Shown here one piece after another: positions 1 through 6,638 of a stretch of DNA of 32,000 nt. The notes under the pieces were generated by a model. The model saw only the letters and a program-made list of their open reading frames with translations, made no database searches and had not been told where the DNA came from. This DNA comes from Candidatus Brocadia sp. (lineage in GTDB: Bacteria; Planctomycetota; Brocadiia; Brocadiales; Brocadiaceae). Location of the stretch: the NCBI GenBank assembly GCA_021650915.1, contig CP091279.1, forward strand, positions 1,080,001-1,112,000, written 5' to 3'. The position numbers were made by a program, and so were the translations under genes. Each line of letters starts with the position of its first letter. The first letter of the stretch is position 1.

Positions 1-1
1 G

Positions 2-298
2 GGACTGGAATTTACCTTTGACTTTCAAATTGCTTACCGGCAAACTGAACTTTTAATTAAGGCATTTAACACAATAAATAAACTTAATCTTCCTCATTTT
101 CTCTTCACATGGGATGATGTTAAGCAAGTAAGAGAAAAACAAACCGAAAAAAAGGTAATTGGTCTGGCAGTAATCAATAACGAAGACCGTGAAGTGAAAG
201 ATGAATACCTTGAAGCCTTGCAAAACAAGGGTGCCGAGTTTATTTTATGGACGGAAAGAAATAGGCCAGAGAACATCAAAAAGCTGAAGGCGGCTTAA
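2..298 (+). CDS. 3' end of an upstream CDS cut by the window edge. Identity is unresolved; by position it could be hsdM or an R-M accessory gene.
   Basis: Frame 2 is open from the window edge to TAA at 296-298 (...NKGAEFILWTERNRPENIKKLKAA*). The stop overlaps the hsdS start in TAAAATG. No diagnostic motif is visible in the 98 codons present. Confidence 0.45.
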   Translation, partial: GLEFTFDFQIAYRQTELLIKAFNTINKLNLPHFLFTWDDVKQVREKQTEKKVIGLAVINNEDREVKDEYLEALQNKGAEFILWTERNRPENIKKLKAA

Positions 299-299
299 A

Positions 300-1478
300 A
301 TGTCTGAGTGGAAGGAATATAAATTTTCAGATTTTGTTCATATCAATCCTACCTTAAAGTTGAGTATAGGAGAAACATATTCTTTTGTTGAAATGAAAGA
401 CCTTAGTAACGGTCATAAATTCTGCACTCCGAGCATAGAAAGAAAACTAACAAGCGGTTCAAAATTTCAGGAAGGTGATACATTATTTGCTCGAATAACT
501 CCGTGTTTAGAGAATGGGAAAATATGTCAAGTACGTGGTTTAAAGAATGGTGTAGGTTTTGGCTCAACTGAATTTTTTGTTTTTCGCGGTAAGCATGATG
601 TTTCCGATAATGAATTTGTCTTTTATTTGTCTCGATGGGATGAAGTGCGGTCGTTTGCTGAAATGAATTTTGACGGAACATCTGGACGTCAAAGAGTTCC
701 AAAAGAATCACTTGACAATCTTTTTTTAAAATTACCCCCTCTCTCCGAACAAAAATCCATCGCCTCCATCCTCAGCAGCTTAGATGACAAGATAGACCTG
801 CTGCACCGTCAGAACAAAACCTTAGAGGCATTGGCGGAGACGTTGTTCAGGCAGTGGTTTGTGGAGGAAAATGAATCTTTGGAAATCGCAAAATTAAAAG
901 ACTTTTGTAATCATCTAAAGGCAAATGTCAATCCTTTAAAACAGCCTGACAAAATATTCCATCATTACAGCATACCTGCATTTGATGAAGGACAAGAACC
1001 TGAAATTACTCCAGGAAGAGAAATAAGAAGTAACAAGTATCAAATAAAGGAAGGTACAATTCTGATTTCAAAATTAAACCCTCGCTTCCCTCGTGTATGG
1101 CCGATTCTCGAAAATATCGGAAAAAATCATTCAATCTGTTCTACGGAATTTCAAGTTGTCGAACCAAAAGATTCAAAATACTTTGGATTTATCCTTTGCT
1201 TTCTAAAATCAAAAGCAGTAAAAGATGAATTAATTCAATCAACAAGTGGCACAAGTGGCAGTCATCAAAGAGTTAGTCCTGAAGATATTTTTAACTTAAC
1301 TATTCCTGTTACAAATGACGATAAGTTAAATGAATTCAATCTTATTACTAATCCATATTGGGATAAGATTAAAAATAACAAACGCCAAATCCGCACCCTC
1401 ATCCGTTTACGTGATACGCTCTTGCCCAAGCTGATGAACAGAGAGGTACGGGTTAAAGAGTTGGATTTACTTACTTAG
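300..1478 (+). CDS. hsdS: Type I restriction-modification specificity subunit HsdS
   Basis: 392 aa with two variable TRD halves separated by the classic central conserved region LPPLSEQKSIASILSSLDDKIDLLHRQNKTLEALAETLFRQWFVE. The matching C-terminal conserved helix is IRTLIRLRDTLLPKLMN. Confidence 0.93.
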   Translation: MSEWKEYKFSDFVHINPTLKLSIGETYSFVEMKDLSNGHKFCTPSIERKLTSGSKFQEGDTLFARITPCLENGKICQVRGLKNGVGFGSTEFFVFRGKHDVSDNEFVFYLSRWDEVRSFAEMNFDGTSGRQRVPKESLDNLFLKLPPLSEQKSIASILSSLDDKIDLLHRQNKTLEALAETLFRQWFVEENESLEIAKLKDFCNHLKANVNPLKQPDKIFHHYSIPAFDEGQEPEITPGREIRSNKYQIKEGTILISKLNPRFPRVWPILENIGKNHSICSTEFQVVEPKDSKYFGFILCFLKSKAVKDELIQSTSGTSGSHQRVSPEDIFNLTIPVTNDDKLNEFNLITNPYWDKIKNNKRQIRTLIRLRDTLLPKLMNREVRVKELDLLT

Positions 1479-1522
1479 ATAAAATGCTATGATCTTTTTC
1501 CAGGTAAAGCATTGGAGAAGCT

Positions 1523-4174
1523 ATGACAAACGATAGCAAGACTTACGAAATTTTCAAAAGCGGTAGCGCTTGGATACGTGCGGACTTTCATCTTCATACG
1601 AAGGCAGACAAAGAGTTCAAATATGACGGTAAAGAGAATGAGTTTGTAAATGCTTATGTTCAGCAATTGAGAGATGCTGGAATTTCCATTGGCGCTATTA
1701 CGAATCATAATAAATTTGATCTTGGCGAGTTTAAAGCCCTCAGGACTAAAGCACATAAAGAAGAAATTTTCCTTCTGCCAGGAATCGAGCTTTCAGTAAA
1801 GGATGGTTCAAATGGACTCCACACACTGGTTATTTTTAGTGATGAGTGGGTAATCAATCAAGAGAACACAGACTATATCAATAGTTTTCTGAGTGTGGCT
1901 TTTGCCGGTCAATCGAATTATGAGAATGAAAATGCCCGCACAAATCACGACCTGTTGGAGACCATCCGGGAGCTGGATAAATTCTCCAAGGAGTATTTTC
2001 TGATTTTTGCGCATGTAGAGGCAGATAATGGTTTGTGGGGCGGCTTCTCCGGAGGACGTATTCAGGAATTGGGTGAAAATGATTTATTTAAGCAGCGTAC
2101 CCTGGCATTTCAGAAAGTAATTACTCACGATGTTCCCGACCGTGTCTGTAGAACAAAGGTTCAAAAGTGGCTTGGTAGCTGGTATCCCGCAGAGGTGGAA
2201 GGCTCGGATTGCAAGGCCATTGATCAGATAGGCCAGGGTAAACCTATCTATCTGAAAGTCGGCAGCTTTACTTTTGAGGCAGTCAAGTATGCCTTGCGGG
2301 ATTTTCAAAATCGGGTCTCACAGGAAGTAAAAACATACAAACATTCCTATATCAGAAGTATTTCCTTCATGGGCGGCGTGCTGAATGGGAAAACCGTGCA
2401 TTTATCTCCGGAGCTTAACACCTTTATTGGTATTCGCGGTAGTGGAAAGTCTTCTATCCTTGAAGCGACCCGATATGTGCTGGATATTCATATTGACCAA
2501 AAAGACCCCGACAAGAAGTACAAAGAATCCTTGGTAGCCCATACTTTGGGCAGTGGTGGAAAGGCTATTATTCATGCGGTTGACCGTCATGGGCAGGAGT
2601 ATGAAATTCGCCGTATCCTTAATGAATATCCTGATGTGTATGTCAGGGGGGAAACCCATACCGGAATAAAAATCAGGGAAACTATTCTTCATAAGCCTAT
2701 TTATTTTGGACAAAAGGATCTTTCCAGAAGCGGTGAAGGTTTTGAAAAAGATCTTGTGGAAAAGTTGGTCGGGGAAAAGCTGGTAGATATACGACGCAGG
2801 ATTGAGGAACAGAAACAGCGAGTGCATGAGGTGGTTGATCACTTTCAAAAACTCGCAAATGTTGATGAGCAGAAAAAGGAATACGAAGGAAGGAAACAGG
2901 ACGCAGAATTTCGTTTGAAGATATTCAAGGATCACAGAGTGGAAGAAAAGCTTCAGAGACAGGTTGATTTCGAAGCAGATTCCAGAAAGATCGGACAAAT
3001 TGTTAAATTTATTGAAGGGTATCTTGCCGCATTAACTGAATTCATCAGCCGCTTTGAAGACGATTTTAATAACCTCAAAATTTATAAATCAAATCAGAAT
3101 GCCGTTTTTTTTGAAGTTTTTTTTGCCATCTATGAAAAATTAATTGTGGCATTTAAGGGTCTTAAGCAAAGTCTGGAATCAGGCAAGCTTGCATTGTCCG
3201 AATTGAAAAACAAGGCTAATGAATTTGACGCCCTAAAGAAGGGTCTCAAGGAAGAGTTTGCCGACGTTGAACGGAAGCTTGCTGAGGAACTGAGGATGAG
3301 CGGGGCTCAGTCTGTCCGACCGGATGATTTTATTAAACTTCGCAAGACGGTAGATCAGGCAAAACAGATGCTCGAACTTCTGGAAAAGCAACAGACGCAG
3401 AAAACCACGGTTAGAAATGAGCTTGCCAGGGAGTTATCGGCTTTGAATGAGCTATGGCATGAGGAGTTCAGGGCAATCCAGGCAGAGTTGGGAAAGATTA
3501 ACGTAAATCAACCCGCCTTGACGATTAGGTCAGATTACAAGGGAGAGAAAGAAGCTTTTGTTATATTTATGAAAGATATATTTAAAGGTAGCCGCATTAG
3601 AGAAAATGTCTTCCAGTTGTTGGCAGATACCTTTTCCGATTATGGTGGAATGTACCGCGATTTTGCAAAGGTCGAGACTATTCTTGGAAGTTCTTCAGAA
3701 ACATTTAAGCTGTATTTTAACGAAAACTTGAAAGGTCTGCTAACCTGGCAAGTGCCGAATAAATATACCATAAATTATCATGACAAAGAACTTAAACATC
3801 ACTCTCTTGGACAACGCGCATCTGCATTAATCCTTTTTGTTCTTAGTCAGAAGGAGAATGACGTTATCGTTATTGACCAACCGGAAGATGATCTTGATAA
3901 TCAAACGATTTATGAGGATGTCATCAAATTGATTCGTAGAATGAAATGCGGCACTCAGTTTATATTTGCAACCCACAACGCGAATCTCCCTGTCCTTGGT
4001 GATGCCGAACAGATTCATGCTTGTCGTTACTCTGATGAAAGCATACAACTGAAAACTGGCAGCATTGACAATCAGGACTTGCAAAATGAAATCATTAACA
4101 TCATGGAAGGCGGTGAAGAGGCGTTTCACCGACGCAAGGAGATATATCAACTATGGAACCCACAGAGCTTTTAG
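1523..4174 (+). CDS. PHP-domain phosphoesterase fused to an SMC/RecF-like ABC ATPase with a central coiled coil. This is the R-M-linked family that I recall, from memory only, NCBI naming TrlF-like AAA ATPase.
   Basis: 883 aa. The N-terminal PHP signature is WIRADFHLHTKAD...ITNHNKF...FAHVEADNG. Walker A is GIRGSGKSSILEA. A K/E/Q-rich coiled-coil stretch of ~250 aa follows. The C-terminal signature/Walker B/D-loop is SLGQRASALILFVL...VIVIDQPEDDLD...FIFATHNANLPVLGDAE. A GGAG RBS lies upstream of the ATG. Confidence 0.8.
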   Translation: MTNDSKTYEIFKSGSAWIRADFHLHTKADKEFKYDGKENEFVNAYVQQLRDAGISIGAITNHNKFDLGEFKALRTKAHKEEIFLLPGIELSVKDGSNGLHTLVIFSDEWVINQENTDYINSFLSVAFAGQSNYENENARTNHDLLETIRELDKFSKEYFLIFAHVEADNGLWGGFSGGRIQELGENDLFKQRTLAFQKVITHDVPDRVCRTKVQKWLGSWYPAEVEGSDCKAIDQIGQGKPIYLKVGSFTFEAVKYALRDFQNRVSQEVKTYKHSYIRSISFMGGVLNGKTVHLSPELNTFIGIRGSGKSSILEATRYVLDIHIDQKDPDKKYKESLVAHTLGSGGKAIIHAVDRHGQEYEIRRILNEYPDVYVRGETHTGIKIRETILHKPIYFGQKDLSRSGEGFEKDLVEKLVGEKLVDIRRRIEEQKQRVHEVVDHFQKLANVDEQKKEYEGRKQDAEFRLKIFKDHRVEEKLQRQVDFEADSRKIGQIVKFIEGYLAALTEFISRFEDDFNNLKIYKSNQNAVFFEVFFAIYEKLIVAFKGLKQSLESGKLALSELKNKANEFDALKKGLKEEFADVERKLAEELRMSGAQSVRPDDFIKLRKTVDQAKQMLELLEKQQTQKTTVRNELARELSALNELWHEEFRAIQAELGKINVNQPALTIRSDYKGEKEAFVIFMKDIFKGSRIRENVFQLLADTFSDYGGMYRDFAKVETILGSSSETFKLYFNENLKGLLTWQVPNKYTINYHDKELKHHSLGQRASALILFVLSQKENDVIVIDQPEDDLDNQTIYEDVIKLIRRMKCGTQFIFATHNANLPVLGDAEQIHACRYSDESIQLKTGSIDNQDLQNEIINIMEGGEEAFHRRKEIYQLWNPQSF

Positions 4175-5310
4175 AAATCGTTGGCCGTGACGAAGACAGC
4201 AATAATCAGTTCAAGGCGAATTTTCATAATGTTGACTCGCTGGCTGCTGAAATGGTTGCCTTTAGCAACAGCGGTGGAGGGCGGATTTTTATAGGCATTA
4301 CTAATGACGGGAGAATTACAGGATTAACGCGCCCGGATATGGGGCGGCTTAATCAGCTTGTTTCCAATGCGGCTTCGCAGTCTGTACGCCCTCCTATTAA
4401 TCCCCAGACTGAAAATGTGTCATTACCCGACGGGTTGGTCATGGTGGTTACCATACAGAAGGGTATCAGTAAACCTTATATGGATAATACCGGCGCAATC
4501 TGGGTAAAAAGTGGGTCTGATAAACGCAGGGTAACGTCTCGTGAAGAAATACAGCGGATGTATCAAAACGCGGGTCTTATTCATGGAGACGAAGTCCCTG
4601 CAAATGGAATGACTATAGGCGATCTGGATATGGATTATTTCCGGAGCTTTTTTAAGAAGCAGTATGGTGAATCTCTTGAGGAACAGAATTTGCCATTGAA
4701 TACCATTCTTGAAAATATGAATCTTCTGAAGGATGGTGTTCTGAAAGTTGCCGGTGCGCTGCTGTTTGCCAGAAGACAGGAATTTTACCTGCCTGCCTTT
4801 TGTGTTAAGTGTGTGACATATCCGGGAGATGATATCCATGCTTCAGAATACCGGGATAGCGAAGATATTACCGGCAAACTGGAGGAAGTATTCAACCGTT
4901 CGCTCGGTTTTATTACCAGAAACTTACGCCATATTCAGTATGACCAGAATGTGAACTCACCTGGTAGACTTGAAATTCCGAAAATCACCCTTGAGGAACT
5001 GCTAACAAATGCTTTGGTGCACCGTGATTATTTCGTTCTTGCGCCAGTTCGCATTTTCATCTTTAACAATCGCATTGAAATAATCAGTCCGGGGCATCTG
5101 CCAAATAACCTAACTATAGAGAATATCAAGAAAGGGAACTCGAATATCAGAAACCCAATCCTGACATCATTTGCAACGAAAATTCTGCCTTATCGTGGTT
5201 TAGGAAATGGTATTAGAAGGGCGATAAAGGAGTATAGTGACATCGAATTTGAAGATGACCAAGCGGGAAATGCCTTTAGGGTTATCATTCGCAGGTCATC
5301 TGATAAGTAG
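4153..5310 (+). CDS. AlbA_2 (Schlafen-like) domain plus HATPase_c_4 domain protein (COG2865-type putative nucleic-acid-binding protein that lacks the usual C-terminal HTH)
   Basis: 385 aa. The AlbA_2-type N-terminus is EDSNNQFKANFHN..LAAEMVAFSNSGGGRIFIGITNDG. The HATPase_c_4-type motif is EELLTNALVHRDY...IEIISPG. Its start overlaps the preceding gene by 22 nt, consistent with one operon. Confidence 0.75.
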   Translation: MEPTELLEIVGRDEDSNNQFKANFHNVDSLAAEMVAFSNSGGGRIFIGITNDGRITGLTRPDMGRLNQLVSNAASQSVRPPINPQTENVSLPDGLVMVVTIQKGISKPYMDNTGAIWVKSGSDKRRVTSREEIQRMYQNAGLIHGDEVPANGMTIGDLDMDYFRSFFKKQYGESLEEQNLPLNTILENMNLLKDGVLKVAGALLFARRQEFYLPAFCVKCVTYPGDDIHASEYRDSEDITGKLEEVFNRSLGFITRNLRHIQYDQNVNSPGRLEIPKITLEELLTNALVHRDYFVLAPVRIFIFNNRIEIISPGHLPNNLTIENIKKGNSNIRNPILTSFATKILPYRGLGNGIRRAIKEYSDIEFEDDQAGNAFRVIIRRSSDK

Positions 5311-5369
5311 GTTTTAAGTGTGGAAGATTCAACTATTCGAAAAATTTGAATAGTTCAAATGGTGAAGGA

Positions 5370-5930
5370 ATTGGTTTATAGTATTACTCCATAAAAACTT
5401 CTTTTTTCTGTAATGTTTTCTTTGTGATCTTTGTATAAAACTTTGCGTTCTTTGTGGTTGAACTTTTTTGGTTGCAACTGTGCTGCGTTATAATATTACT
5501 GTGTAAAAGCTTCTTTTTTTTGTAAGTTTTTTCACAAACCCCTTTCAGGAGGTACCGTTTTTTTATGAGTGAAAGATTGCTTCGCTTCACTCGCAATGAC
5601 AACATGCAGTGTACCATCAAAGTGCATGGTCGCTGTCATTGCGAGGGGCCTTTTCCGAAGCAATCTCCCCGCTTTCACAATGGAGAATTGGTTGCGGCCT
5701 TGCTGCGCTATAGTATTACTGTATAAAAACTTCTTTTTTCTGTGAGTTTTTTCACAAACCCCTTTCAGGAAGTACCGTTTTTTTATGAGTGAAAGATTGC
5801 TTCGCTTCACTCGCAATGACAACATGCAGTGTACCATCAAAATGCATGGCCGGTGTCATTGCGAGGGCCTTTTCCGAAGCAATCTCCCCGCTTTCATAAA
5901 GGAAATTTGGTTGCGGCTGTGCCGCGCTAT
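5370..5930 (+). repeat. Tandem array of a ~220-bp hairpin-containing repeat (MITE/REP-like): one truncated unit plus two full units
   Basis: Full units are at 5470-5689 and 5690-5908, each bounded by the ~22-bp motif GGTTGCGGCTGTGCCGCGCTAT (last copy 5909-5930). A truncated unit at ~5370-5469 shares TATAGTATTACT..AAAAACTTCTTTTTTCTGT. Each full unit carries the long imperfect inverted repeat AGATTGCTTCGCTTCACTCGCAATGACA...TGTCATTGCGAGGGCCTTTTCCGAAGCAATCT (5574-5666 and 5794-5885). Confidence 0.9.
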
Positions 5931-5971
5931 GATATGCAGATGTAATAATTCTAAAAGACAGGAGGTGTAAA

Positions 5972-6202
5972 ATGTTGTCAGTTAAAGGTACTTATAAGGA
6001 TGGAAAGGTGATTATTCAACAGGAGATAAAAACTGAAAAACCGATTAATGTGATAGTCACTTTTTTGGAAGAGGTAAAGACGCCTGGTGTAAGAAGACTT
6101 GACATAAACAAGTTCTCATTCAAAAAGGCAAGGAAGTTGTTGGAAGGTTATAAAGGGTCGTTAAGTGATGCGATCATAGAAGAGCGCAGGAGCGCTGTAT
6201 GA
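5972..6202 (+). CDS. Putative type II antitoxin (VapB-position partner of the downstream PIN gene)
   Basis: 76 aa. A GGAGG RBS lies 7 nt upstream. The short beta-strand-type N-terminus is MLSVKGTYKDGKVIIQQEI. The stop overlaps the PIN gene start in ATGA at 6199-6202. Confidence 0.6.
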   Translation: MLSVKGTYKDGKVIIQQEIKTEKPINVIVTFLEEVKTPGVRRLDINKFSFKKARKLLEGYKGSLSDAIIEERRSAV

Positions 6203-6624
6203 AGACTTTTCTGGATACTTCTTCTCTCATTAAGCTTTATCATCAGGAAGAAGGGGCTGATTTTGTAATGGATGCCCTTTCCAACGATATCGAAGAAATA
6301 CTCCTCTCAGAGCTTGCCGTTTTGGAATTCCGTTCTGCCTTATGGAAGAAGATAAGGGAAAAGGAGATAGAGGAGAAGGTAGCCATCGAAGTTATTCAAT
6401 GTTTCCAAAAAGACAGGGATAACTTCCAATGAATATTGTTGCAATCTGATATTGTCGAATCGGCTTCGTACTTACTGATGAAATACGGCAACCGTGGTTT
6501 AAGAACGTTAGATTCCCTGCAATTAGCAACAGCATTAACTTTGAGGGAAGAGAAATGTATTTTTTTTACCTCCGATAAGTTATTGCGGACTTTGTTTGCA
6601 GAAGAACAGCTTAAAGTTTTATAA
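6199..6624 (+). pseudogene. vapC: PIN-domain (VapC-type) toxin gene interrupted by one in-frame TGA at 6430-6432
   Basis: The N-terminal part is MKTFLDTSSLIKLYHQEEG, with the typical PIN acidic D5. The C-terminal part is LRTLDSLQLATAL...FFTSDKLL, carrying the conserved D. ORFs 6199-6432 and 6436-6624 are in the same frame and separated only by TGA. Confidence 0.7.
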
Positions 6625-6638
6625 AGGTTCGCTGTACG

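Noticed and set aside
2402-2998. 198-aa minus-strand ORF inside the PHP-ATPase gene, and similar antisense ORFs (for example 11102-11836, 21476-21904, 22198-22620, 24911-25207, 26401-26739)
   Set aside because: All lie entirely within well-supported genes on the opposite strand or within intron RNA. They have low-complexity composition and no motifs.
5328-5358. AT-rich hairpin (TTCAACTATTC-N9-GAATAGTTCAA) after the AlbA_2 gene as an intrinsic terminator
   Set aside because: The stem is short, AT-rich and has a mismatch, and no U-tract follows. This is too weak to report as a feature.
5470-5930. Possible CRISPR array
   Set aside because: The period is ~220 bp and the whole unit is repeated. 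No short direct repeats alternate with unique spacers, and no cas genes are present.
5384-5970. ORFs of 78, 102 and 61 aa across the repeat array, plus the 60-aa ORF at 12457-12639 (motif ..VIASEAKQS..)
   Set aside because: They are translations of the repeated hairpin element itself. The same sequence recurs in each unit, with no RBS or start context, and they overlap each other on both strands.
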